DNA of 63,080 nucleotides, counting the filler, from Intoshia linei (lineage: Eukaryota; Animalia; Orthonectida), in assembly GCA_001642005.1 (NCBI GenBank). It is 7 parts of 7 records of this genome, joined end to end, with 100 filler letters (N's around TTAATTAATTAA, not from the genome) between each part and the next. Parts side by side here need not be neighbours in the genome. Positions count along the whole stretch, not along the records: positions 1 to 15,316 come from LWCA01000914.1; 6 more parts are not named here. One strand, 5' to 3'. The notes under the pieces were generated by a model. The model made no database searches. It was not told where the DNA came from and was given only the letters and a program-made list of their open reading frames with translations. Positions 1-13,500 of this stretch are shown in pieces. Every line of letters begins with the position of its first letter. Positions within the stretch are counted from its first letter, which is position 1. The translations under genes and the position numbers were made by a program.

Positions 1-558
1 CCCAATGGAAGCTGTGATTTTAGATCAGATGCTGTCATAAATGGGTCTTTTTTGACAAACGTATCAAAAATCTCCTCTCTCTGGCATGTAAAACATGTGG
101 ACGTCCTGATCTCTGTCTATATTTGAGAGGAATACCATTTTTATGTTTTTTTATTATTTCTTGAACTGCACATCTCAATATTGAGAGCTTTCGGGCAATT
201 TTTGTCTGCTGGTAACATTTTTTGTAAAAATTGACTATTAATTTCATTTTTTCTATGCTAATTTGTGGCATCTGTAGTGTCTAATATTCTTATAACTATA
301 ATAAAAATTATTTGCATACCAATGAAGAATAAACGGTTAAAAATAGCAAGAGCCTAAAACTTTTGCACGGTAAATATGGACGATATTTATTAAATTATTG
401 ATACAATGTTGTTGTTAAGGTAATAATTAATTAAGAAAGATGGAATGTGATGACTTGTTATTTTACAATATTTATAGTCAAAAATATCATGAAAAAACGT
501 TGTCTTTTAGGAACCAGAACCTTTTATCAAAGGTGCCTAAAACTTTTGCACGGGTTTG
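1..558 (-). mobile_element. Tc1/mariner (IR/DR-type) transposon, 5' end with truncated transposase N-terminus
   Basis: ORF 35..271(-) has a paired-type HTH and an RSGRP motif. The terminus reads TA|CAAACCCGTGCAAAAGTTTTAGGC on the - strand. A 19-bp direct repeat gcctaaaacttttgcacgg occurs at 352-370 and 535-553. Confidence 0.85.
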
Positions 559-1117
559 TAAAACGAAATAATAAGATTAGACTCATTATTACCTGTTATC
601 TCTATATTTAAGATGTATTGGTAGGTTATTGATGTTTAATTTAGAAATGTAATGTCGCATTACAGGTTTAATATGTGTTTTAATATAATCATTGATTGGT
701 TCTCCTATCACATCAAAACTCAACATAAAAAATTTCTTTAGTAGGTTTAAATACAGGTTCTTTAACCTTTTCATAATTATTTTTTTGCCATTTTCTGTTC
801 AGATACTACGTTGTGTAGCTTTCCATTGTCTGGTATTGTTGTTCATTGAATAAATTAGTATTAAACCTATAAATGATTCAATGTTGGAATGTTTAATATT
901 ATCAAAATTATGATCATTAATCAGTTGCGTATATGTTGAATCAGATATGACTTACTGTTCGATTTGCTGGTACCAGCAAATTTTAATAAGTCACATATTA
1001 TTTATTAAAATTAAAAGTATTTACGGCCCGGTATTTAAATATATTTTTGCATACATTATTTACATACATATATTCTATGAATGTCATTATTTATATATTT
1101 TATTAACATGTATTTAG

Positions 1118-1246
1118 GATTTGGGAGCATCACATGATTCAACAAAAGAATGTTTAGCACTTATGATTCAAAAAATCGAAGGAGCTGAGTATTCTGATTT
1201 GTATGAATATTGCCTTGAAAAAATTAAAAAGTTGCATTCGGAATGA
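1118..1246 (+). CDS. Probable terminal exon of an unidentified gene whose 5' part lies upstream
   Basis: The tatttag acceptor is followed by an open frame DLGASHDSTKECLALMIQKIEGAEYSDLYEYCLEKIKKLHSE*, richer in G+C than its flanks. No family recognised. Confidence 0.45.
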   Translation, partial: DLGASHDSTKECLALMIQKIEGAEYSDLYEYCLEKIKKLHSE

Positions 1247-1565
1247 TTTGTACATAAAATTAAATATTATATCTTTATTTACAAACATTGTTGATATATA
1301 CCTTTATTTGTATTTATTGATTTGTTTACTAATATATTTCTTCATAATCCAAATACTGTTATTGGATTAATGATGTTAAGCTTATATTTTTTTTAATTTT
1401 TCGAAATTATTAAAACTTAAAGTAGCAAAATATTGGGTTCAGACTTTTTTAAATTTAAATTTATGTTTGGAATCAATTCCAAAAATGAACATTAATATTT
1501 TAATTTTGAAATTTATTATTATTGACATAGTTGCTATTCTAATTTTACAATATCAATAACAAAGA

Positions 1566-4500
1566 ATGCGTTTCTCCCAATTTATAGTTATCGTATTGGT
1601 GGTTACTTTTTACGGTATGTTTACCTTTTAAATTTTTTAAATAGTGTTTGTATTTAAAGCGTTTAAATATTTTATAAATATAATTAAAATCGTTAAATAA
1701 CATTGAAATATAAATTTAAATTTTAAAATATATTTGTGACAATAAAGAGTTCCTGTGTACCAGGTCTGCTTTATTTGCTTATAGCGGTGTTTCTAAAAAT
1801 CTTTGCTGACGGCTTTTTGAAATTAAAATTTTGCAGTAATTCGAAAAATAAGAATTTACAGCAGTTTCATATTTTTTGATATTTCAATATTGCTAATGGA
1901 CATAAAATCCACCCTTAAATGGCCATAACTGTCAGTTGAAATTAAAAATGTTTCTTTTTATTAATCATTTAATTAGCTCAAAATGTTACAATTAACAACA
2001 ATACAAATACGTTAAATGCTACACACAGTGAGGTTCAACCGGGTAGTAGTAATAATACTTCAATAAAACCAATCGCTGCGAAAGGTATTTTAATTTATTT
2101 TTATTGTACAAAATAATGTTAAATATGGATTTATTATAATTATAATATCTATACATGTACTTTTTATGGTGTCATAATTTTACACTGCAATATAGTTGTA
2201 TATTTTAGTTCCATATATTGCTAGTAAGTTTACATTATGATAAAAATAGATCTGAACTCAAGATCTCGAATTATACCGCTATATAGAACGTTGAAATGAT
2301 TGAATTATAATATACTTGACTAAATTATAAAAATAGTTTGTAAATTAAATATTTTTATTTGTTAAAAAAATATTCTGTTCATAAAATTATAATTTCATTT
2401 AGTTTGTAATTTATTATTTAAAATATTGTTTAATTACAGATTAGTTTACAATTAAATCTTCATTAGTTGAGTTTTTCATTATCTTTTCAAAATGTTTAAA
2501 AATGTACATTATATATTATTCGTGCACCATTAATACATATATTAAAATTTCACGATAGATACTTCACCAAGACATTAATAATATAGCCTATTTTTCCTTA
2601 GTAAAGCTGCTAAAATTTAGAAAGTACCTGAGAAAAGGATGAAGTGAAATATACTATTTTATTTTTCGTATGATCATACGATATAATATTATAATACAAC
2701 GATTTGGGAAAACTATGGTGTGCGAGTCTTTTTTTTTTCTTTCACATATGATATTTTTATTCATTTTTGATTTTAATAAATAAAACCACAAATAAAGGTT
2801 GACGATTTAAAACATTTTAATCAATTTTTTTAAATTGTGACAGTAATGACTCAATATACTATTGTGATGTATAATCATTAAATATCTATTAACAGCTTGT
2901 AAATAAATTTTTTATTATTTATAATTAATTGGTATTAATTAATACATAATTTATAACTATTTTTTAATAATAATTACATTTTTTATGTTTAGTTGTTTCT
3001 AGTCATAAAAATATCTTTAAAATTCTTAGATGGTAACATACTCCTAGTATTTTAATTAGATTTTAGTAACCAATTTACATTATTATAAATTATTTAAATT
3101 TTAATCATTTTTATTTATAGTTAGTAATATTAATATAAATACATACTTTTTAAACCTTACGAAACAATTGCATGTATAGATGCCAAAAACTACACTCATA
3201 AATTTACCATAACTCATAATTATTACGCGACGTAATTGTAATTACGTGTCATAAATTAAATATATTTTATTGCTAATTCTAAGCCTAATTTAAGTTATTC
3301 ACTTTACAAATCAATGACATTTGAAATTTCTAAATTTTAAACTTTAAATTTTAATGTTTTTTAACATTTCAAAAGTAAAATTTTTTGCTTTCAATTTTGA
3401 AAATCAGCATAGTCTCGTAAAGGTTAATATTTGTATAATTTCAAATTTTAATTCAATAATAACGACTCAATGCACTGAGTAGTACAGTCTAAGTCCTTAT
3501 TAACGGAACTTGAAAATTACGTAATTCCGTTAATATGGAATTTCCCCCATAGTAAAACCGTTGTTAACAAAATTTAATTTTTTTAAATAAAAACCATTAA
3601 ATGGTCACATTTCTTGTTATTATGAGTTTTTGAATAATACATGACGAAGTAATATACACAAAAAATTATCAACGGGTACATGTGGACTCCTGGGCCCACA
3701 GCAGTTTTTGGGGTCCATGAAAAATTTTATAAATTTTAAAATTATTTACAGAAATAAAATAAGGTTGAAAATGATATTTCCGCAATGATAGTAATTATTT
3801 CTAATTAACGTCATCTAATTTAATATCTATTACAAATTTGATAAAAAATAGAATAAATTGACTTCTTAATAGTACCAAAATTAGTTTATATTTATGATAG
3901 TCATTAAAAATAGATTCTAGAGATATTTTTATTATCGGAATTTTTGGTTTATACAAATTCGTTAAAAAAAAATGAATAATTCAAAATTCCGTTAATAAGG
4001 AATTAGAACAGGGGTGCACAACCTTTCCATCAATTCAGCCGCAAAGTTACTTTAGTCATTGATTTATTGATTAGTCATTCACTACGGCCACACAAAATAT
4101 AATTTGACATTGAGAGAGTTTAAATCCAATTTGAGAAAGTGTTGAAAGTAACATTTTGATAAAAATATTTCCCTTGAATTTGATGTAAAATGATATATTG
4201 CATTATGATTACATGGATTGTCCACAGTCGCACATACACTCTATCACAGCCATATGCGTATGCATATGCCATCTAAGGTGGCAGGTTGTGTACCCCTGAC
4301 TTAGACTACTAAGTTTGTATACTATATTACATTTTCGGTATAAATTTTCAATACGATCTATTAATCTGATTATAATTATTATTATTATTGCATTATTAGC
4401 ATTCTATTATTATTATTATTATTATTAGATATTTTATATATCCAATTATAATACTTATGCGTTTCACTTTTATCTATATTTTGAGTATAGATTAATTATA

Positions 4501-7500
4501 TTAAGATGGTAAAAATAACAACATTTTTTACATACATATATTGTATACTACATCATGTATTTAATTGTATATTTTAAAAGGTTATAAAAAATAATTTTTC
4601 TACTTAGTTAGTAAAAATTTAATTAATATCAAACTCATTATATTTGGAATTTAAATCTCATAATTTTAACATATAATTAATCTTTATATTAATTGTTTTG
4701 GATGGATAGTCGGTAATTAAAAGTATTTTAAGATTTTCAATTATCTTCTAAAAATATTTAACTTCAAACTGGCAGATTCATTTGAAGTTTCAGTCAATAT
4801 AAATAATTGTAATAAGAAAACGTTTATTTTACTGTCTAATGCAGGGTGAACAACCTTTTCACCAATTCAGCCACAAAGCTCCTTTACTTATTGATAATAC
4901 CGACCGCACAAAATTTACTTTGATATTAAGAACGTCTAAATCCATTTAGAGAAAGTGATCTAAGTCAAAAATGTAACTTTTTGATAAAAATATTTTAAAT
5001 TGAACTTGAATAAAATCTTATTTAAACTTTTCCAATTTGACGTAAAATGGTCTATTTCATTGCACAATAAATCAACCAAAAAATTTAAATTAAGTCATTT
5101 TAATGAGTTTATAGATGCCAATATTTTAACATGCTGTAATAATTAAATTAATTACACACATAAATAATAATGTAAATTTTCTATCGTATGAAAAACTTGA
5201 ATCGGTCCAAAGAAATATTATAAACATAATAATGGCTGTACTTCTAAGTCACTTATATTCCCTTGTGATTGATAAAAATTTATTTTGCTGTATTGTTCGG
5301 AAACGTTTATTATGAATATACGATTTAAATAAACAAATATGTCATTTTCCAATTAATTTATATTAAATATTTGCAGAATGTAAATTTTTGATGGCTATTT
5401 ATTAACATGTAAATATAATAAAAATTGAATTTATCTGACTATTCAAAATGAATAATATATGATCATAGTTGGTAAATTAATGTTAATATTGTATACCTTT
5501 TAAGTAATTTGTCTATTTTGTACTATGTACAAAAATTAGATAAATCTGTAGAGAGCTAATCATAATTAATTATTAAAAAACAATGTAATTCAAATTCAAG
5601 AAAAATTATTGTATTCATTATATACATTGTAATTTACCTGTCGTCTGTCATCTGTGTTATGTATTTTTTGTTTTGAAAAATTTGCAATTTAATTAAAAAA
5701 ATAGATATTTTTGTAAATTTGTTGATTGTAAAATTGACTTGGTTTGTAAATCATTAACAATTTGGCAAATAATAATGTATATAACTTTATTGGCTCATTT
5801 AAAAATTGAAATGGATTCGATTAAAACTTACGAGGGAAAAATTCATTTGAACAGCAGGAAAAACTATCTAATTCTAGTAAAATGAGTATTTGTTAGCTTA
5901 GGTTTTTAAATAAATGATTACATACAAACATTCATTATTATATGTCAGGATAAGGTCCTTATTAATTTTATTTTATTGTAATTAATATTGTAGGGTTTAT
6001 TAATTTTGAAAACTGTCAATTTACTTTTTGTATGTCTTTTTGTTGGACTCCATTTTAATCCGAGACATTTCTTCATAAAATCGTCACTTTTCCTAGATTT
6101 TTCGGGAATTATGTTAATTAATTTTACCATTTTTATAGTGATTTAAGCTAGCACCTAAGCAAACATTTTAAAAGGTAGATTTAGGTTTTTTAACAATTTT
6201 TGTAAATAAAGAATTCAAAATTTTTACTATTTTGTTATTTTTTTGTGTGCAAATTTTTTCAATTGCTATCTAGTGCGATCTAATGGAAAAAATGTTGAGA
6301 AATATTAATTTAGATGTACATTATTATACTAATATGTATAGTTGGTAAATTTTTATACATATACAGAGTGTTAATTCTTCAAAAAATAAAATTATTATAA
6401 CAAACGAGATATAGTAGTTTTAATTGCAAATTAATATTTCTGTAGCACGTAAATTTCATTTTTAATTATGTTTTTGATATTTAGTTACAATGATAATGAT
6501 GAAGCATTATCGTGAATGATAAATTAATACATTTAATATATTTTTACAGTTGGTAATTTTTATACGGAAAACTTTTCAGAGTTTGTTTATTCAACATTGA
6601 TGATACTCAAAATTTTTTTGGAAAAATCAATTGTCCTGATTGAATGACTTTTCTATAGGCTTAATAAAATATATTTGATTATACTGTTGATAAACAAATT
6701 AACTTGATGTTGTTTATAAACACTACGTACGAGATATTATATTATAATAATAATAATTATTATTATTATTATCGATATTGTAAATAATAAATAAATAATA
6801 TCTAAAAGCTAAATGTTTAAATTATGTACGCACCAATATGTTCCTAATATTTATAGTGAGTAAGTATCATTAACGATAAAACTATGAGTACTTAGATATG
6901 TATAATTATGTTAAACTTTAACTATATAATTTAGTGAGTAAATATAATATTATGCATTAAATATACAAAGTTTTATCCATTAATTTTGATAAAATAATAT
7001 TTACAGTCTTGCATTAGAGGGATTAGCATCTCAGATATACAGGGGAAAAATTATTTCTTACGTTATTAAATCATTATTCAACAATATGTAATTTTAGCCG
7101 GTAAAGTTTAAAAAAATTATGTACCTAAGTTAACAATACAATTTTTTATTCTATGAGCTTTCACTAAATGTAATCATTTTTTAATATATACTTATATAGG
7201 ATGTAAAATATATTTATACCATACAATCTAGTAAAGAGGTTCATAAACTCATTTTGTCTACCTCCCCCTTTTTAGCAATATATTTTGCAAATCAACGGCC
7301 CTTTAAAAACGTTTTTCTATTGTGAGTGTTAATTGTGATCATCACTTGACTAAAAAAGTTATAACTTACGTTTTAGGGTCGTTCATTTGATGTTTAAATT
7401 TAAACTGTCTGATAACATTTAAAATTTAACTTTTGTTTTTTATTTATGTCTAAAAATATTGAAAATCTTTTTACATTGGAAACTTTTAATTTATTTATTT

Positions 7501-10500
7501 AAATTAATTGAATAATGTCATTTAATATTTATTTGGTTATAGCTGGTATGATTTTATTCCATTTGCCTTAAACTTTTAATAATTTTATAATTAACCTATA
7601 ATTTGAATGTTTAGGATGTAAACTTTTAAATGGCATTTATTTAAATACCGTGGAGCCTTGCTATTCGTCATTTCCGTATTTTGCTAAAAAACTTCCGTTC
7701 CAGCAAAAAATTGTTCAAAATAAAAAAATGAAGTTTCTCAAACTATAAAATTAATTGTATTTGAGCCATTCTCTAGCAAATAAAATATAAATATTTCAAT
7801 TTAAGTGACCTACAGGAAATAATATTCAAGACTCATACTCATGGATAAACTTAAAATCCGCGTATGACAGTGTTCAACATGGTTATTTTCTATATTTTAC
7901 ATATAAGTAAATACTAAAACGTAAATTTACAGTTAAAAACCGTTACGGCATTACGCGCAAAAAATATAATAAAATTTTAAGATCTGTTTTTTGATGATTC
8001 TTGTGAATATTTGATTAATTAAGGTTTTGTAATTGATTGAATAGTGAGATAAGAACATAGTTAACAGACATTTCCGAAATTCAATAAGATATATTCTTCT
8101 AATTAGACTATAAATTTGATTCAAAACGCATAAAATGTTACGGTGTTACAAAATGAACTTATTATTTCTGTTATACATTTATGGTATTAATAAATTGTAA
8201 ATTATAACCACAAAACAGCGCTTCACCTCTATGTTCTGATAAATTAACACTTTAATTACAATTAATATAAATATAACTATATAATTTCAATTAACACAAA
8301 TAATTAGATATTTGAATAATTTACTCATGTTTTTAAATTCTAATCGCATCATGTTTACGCATATTCGATAGAGTTTAATTTTCTGATTATTACCTTGTAC
8401 TGTGATTACTTTTTTAGTCAACATTGGCGTAATTATGATGCATTCCTTTTGATAATATATTTTAAAATATAGTATATTTTATTTTTTTATGTCATAATAT
8501 CTTAATAGAGCCTTAATATTAAATTTTCTATAATAATTTTGTAATATCCTGAAAATATATGAATCAAACTAACAAACAACGTAAAAATAAATATGATATC
8601 ATATAATTTAAATTTATCGTTTTTTTTAATTTATGACAGAGAATGGCTCATTTAGTTATGTAAAAAATATAAATACCATGTCGAATAGGAGTATTTACTG
8701 TAGTTAAAATATAAGAAAAATGGAATTATTTCAAATTAATTTAATTGAAATGTTTCATTAATTATACATGTTAATTATATTATTGTATATATTTTATTGT
8801 TAATAACATATTTTTCATAGTATGTAATGTTTTTATTTGATAGTTTTACTGTCATAAATTGTGATACAGAGATATTATTTTTTCTAACGTGTAGTAATGA
8901 AGATGGATACGTTAGTGATAATGACGTTATTATTGATATTATACATGTATTATTACATATATTATCTCTATTGATAAAGTAATGTTTCCAACCAATTTAA
9001 AATCATTTTTAACATTTTAATTAGAATGTTCATGAATATTCAAAAATGGTCATAGAACATTTTTTCAAAATTGGATTAAATGATTAATTAGTTGTAAACG
9101 TGTTTCTATTAGTTATATTATATTTATATTAATATATTTTATTAAACAGTTCGTAATTTTCATTAAAAATATAAAAGATACAAGAAAAAAGATAAAATAT
9201 GCCATTTCACATTCTTGAAATAATGTATTACATGTACACTAGGGTTATTATATTTTGATTAATTTTTGAAATTTTAAAATGAGGTATAAAGAAATGAGCC
9301 TTGATTAATTTGCTTCAAAATGATATGAATATTTTCGTTTTTGGTCTATATATAAAATACGTTCATGTTCAATTAATAATGGTTATTGTACTTTAGTTGG
9401 TATATTAAATAAATTAAAAATGTATGTAAAACAAGTTGTACTAACAATAAAAACAACGCGCCAGGAATCGTTAATTAATGTGCTAATACAGGATAATTTA
9501 TCAACTGAATTATGCCCAGTATCGAGCATAGGCACAAATAATTTCCAAAAATTTTATTCAATAATATTACAAAGATACGGAATCTTTTAAATGTAATAAA
9601 TTAGGACTCCTAATGGATAGAAATACTGATTCCTGCGTTATAGTATTTAAATTGTTTAAAATGATAAATTTTCTAGGCTGTAATTAAATATAAATTAATA
9701 TACAAAAGTTTACAATATCATTTATATTAAAATAAGTATTTATTATACATACATGTGTCACATATGTTTGTGACATTAAGGTGTTAACTTTTTTCTAAGA
9801 ACATAAATACAGGGTCATACAGGATGAGAAAAAAAATCTAAGAAAGGTGATAGTAATTTTGAATTAAGAATCATTTCTATATATAAATCACTAAGGAATA
9901 TGATAAAAAAGTTAAATTTTTTAATTTCACTGTTAGATTCAATTAACACAGGTCAAGATGTATGTAAATATTTATAATAACTATGCAACTGTATAAAATA
10001 AGTAAAAATTCATCATTTTTGGATATATTTTTAAAAGGTGGTTTTATCATTCATATGTGGATAAATTCAAAAATCAAACACATAATTCTTATTTATTTTG
10101 AGAATAATACGAACGTATGCTAATCGTCATGCAAAATGTTATTATAAAAAAATGTACATTGTACATTTTATGCAACTGAATTTAAATTTAATATTCCATT
10201 TATAGCAAATAGTAATATATAAACTTAATAAATTAATGACTTTATTGTTTAATATCAATTATAAAATATATAATTATAATGTATATTTTAATTTATTTAT
10301 GAAAGATTTATAAATTAAATAATTAAATTTATCCAAATCTATTAGTCAGTAAATTAATTTTATATTTAATGTATTTTTTGCAATAAAAATGATAATACAT
10401 GATGTATATTAAGACATTACACATAATATATTTAGTTAGTAAAAATATATGAATTAATTAATAAAAAATTTCACATACGATTAAAATTTACTACAGGGTG

Positions 10501-13500
10501 TTCATTAGGGGTATTCCAATTTGTAATTTTTTTGAAATTTAGAAGACATATATAGCTAATAATCTTAATTTAATTTGCTGCAGAATAATATAAACGAATC
10601 ACTGAAATCTAGTGAATGTTTCGATTCAGCTGATTATATACCATTAGTGCTTCCGGTTACTTGTAATCTTAGTTGTCTGAAATTTTGTTGAAAATCACAT
10701 TGGAATACAAAATCACCCGTACAAACCTAATCATGCAAAATTATAATAATCTTTCTATTTTTAGCGAATTTATAGGACATTTTGATAAAAATTTAAAACA
10801 AATTATTTGAGAATGTCTGCATTATTCGATACTATAAATATTTAATTTTTTTATCAATTACATTGTACAATTGTAATTTATTCATTTGTAGAAGGTAAAT
10901 CATTTTAAAAAAATCATATCTATTGTAATAATTATTAAATAAACTAATTAATATTATTAAGTTAATAATTACATCATGATAACTTTCAAATATTAATTAT
11001 ATATTTTGAATATTCCCTCAAGATGGTAATTTAATAATACCAAGAAGATTTATATGCAGTCAAAGTTGTTTTTTACAGTTTTAACAAATTTTATTTCCAT
11101 TACAATTGCATTCAACCTGTAGTTGGTAAATTCGATTTTATTAATATATTTACATACATAATAATATAATATAAATACTTAATTTACAAATGATTCAACC
11201 TAGGACGTAAATTATAAAAATTTTAATTATAATTGTCCGGATATTAACGGTCAAGGGAGAACTTCCCTCTGTTATACATCTAATTATTAATGTATATAAA
11301 ATATGTAGTTAGTAAATATTTAATAATTTTATAATATTTTTATAATTGTAATAAATGAACATTGTTTTATTGTTTAAAATATTTTATTTTAATTAAATAG
11401 TGAGTAATTAGAAATATTTTATAAAAATACAAATCAAATTATTAAACAACTATCATTTTAGTATGTATTGCATTATTATATTAAATATATAATAATAAAC
11501 ATTTTTAAACATAATAATTCAAATGATTAATCAAACGTTAATATATTTAATGCACGAATTATGTACATTGAAGCTCTACTAATGATGTTTCAAAAGTATT
11601 AAGAAAGCTAAAATTATAGCCTACATTGAAAATTTGACTACATTTTGTAATAAGACCCTCAACCGAGAAAAAGAAATTAACAATATAACTACGTTTATTA
11701 TTAATAAATAATATTTATGTTTTATTATCAATTTAAATATATATATATATATAATAGCTCGTAATTTTAATATTAACTTTAATAAAATATATATAAATTT
11801 GATGGGTTTTAGACAGAGCTGGCTGACATGCTAGTACCATCAGTAGTACCAGCTGATGACAGCTGTCTACCAGCAATATAATATTTTTAAAAAAAAATTT
11901 AACATTTTTTGAGCGATGTATTAATTTCACATGATAATTATAAATAAATTTTCTCATTGCCTGTACTTTACTTGACCAATGGAAAATTGTAACTAGTAAT
12001 TTAAATAACTATTACTATTTTGTCTCGCATGCAGAGCCGTTATAAGGCATGGACAATATGGGCTGTAGCCCGGAGTCACTCATTAAAAAAGGCCCTAATT
12101 AATAAAAGTACTTTACATTTTTATCTTAAAATTTTTTGTTACTGCATGGTGCATATTTCAAATGAAAAAGTAAACTTTGTTTATTAGTTAGGTAAGTTTT
12201 TGTATAAGAAATAAAATTTATTAAAAACCTACGTAATATCTTTTAATGCTTTTATTAATACTCAATAAAATAAGACTCTAAGTCTCCAACCAACAGTATG
12301 CCCTGTCTTCTAAAAAGGGGCCCTAAATTTTTTTATCGCTTCGCTCGAAATGGTTTTATGCTTCGCCCAGAGGCACGAAGTGGCTTAAGATGACTCTGCT
12401 CGCATGTCCACTCTCCTTATTTTATCGCAATCTTACGTTAAAATTGTAGATAGAGTATATCTTCTCGAATAAATTATCAAATCATCACAATACACGGTCA
12501 ACGATGTTTTTCTAAAATTACTTTACGCTAACCTTTAATTTACAATACTAAATAAGTTTTAAACTTGTAATTTAAAAAATCTTAACATTTCGATTTCATA
12601 TACCGTCAAACCTATGATTTTCCTAATTAATTTTTATTTACAAATAATAAATTTCTAAATGTTAATAAAATTACTAATTTTTCAATTCATAATAGTATTT
12701 TTATTATTTGCGATCAGCTGTATTGATATATTGTATTCAATAAAGCTAGTGCAATCCATGGTTTTAGATAATAACTATTCAATTTTTTTAGTGCGTAAAT
12801 TTTTGTTATGTTTTTAATTTTACTTTCAAATACGTTATTATACAAATGAATATTAAAGTAATTGGTGTTATATTTATTAATATATTTTTTAAACACATGT
12901 ATACTGTAATAAAACTGTTTATATTAAACTGGTATATTTAAACACTGTTCATTTGTACAATTACTTTCACTCTTAAAGTGTATTTTCATATTAAATTCTG
13001 ATAAACCCTCTTTATATCTTAATCAATATTACATATACATAAATATTTTTAGTGTGTAAATATATATTATGATTTATAAATAATAAATATTAACAGAGTA
13101 AATATTGTAAATATTATACTCATTGTGTTACATAATGTATTTCAGTAATTTTTAAATTTTAGTGAGTATATTATATATGAATTATTAATAATATTTTTGT
13201 ATTACATATTTTAAATATGTTGAAAATTATATTAAATATATTAGTGGGTATAAAATATGTATCAATAATAATAATACATTTATTATGTATTAAACCATTT
13301 ATATTAGTAATATAATATTACTAATATACGCATTTAAATTATACAATATTTTCTATTATTAATAATATATCATAAAGTCCGTAATGTTCCATTTTCAATT
13401 TAAAAAAATTAGTGATATTGTATTATAATAATAATAAAATATCAAATTTATTTTTAATATTAAATAGCAAGTAAATAATACATGCAAATAATTTTGTATT

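Noticed and set aside
589-960. ORF 589..774(-) and neighbouring coding-like sequence
   Set aside because: Multiple stops and no recognisable motif. At most a decayed element.
3060-3065. Possible 6-nt exon ATTTTA, and GTT-donor triplets at 2287 and 14057
   Set aside because: The first would need a 27-nt intron; the others have weaker donors. Left out of the micro-exon model, though not excluded.
12187-12190. ttag|TTAG|gtaagt 4-nt exon-like motif
   Set aside because: Lies inside a hAT MITE and would break the frame.
5945-12896. Short ORFs 5945-6130, 11733-11957 and 12714-12896
   Set aside because: Low-complexity AT-rich chance ORFs on the strand opposite the micro-exon array.
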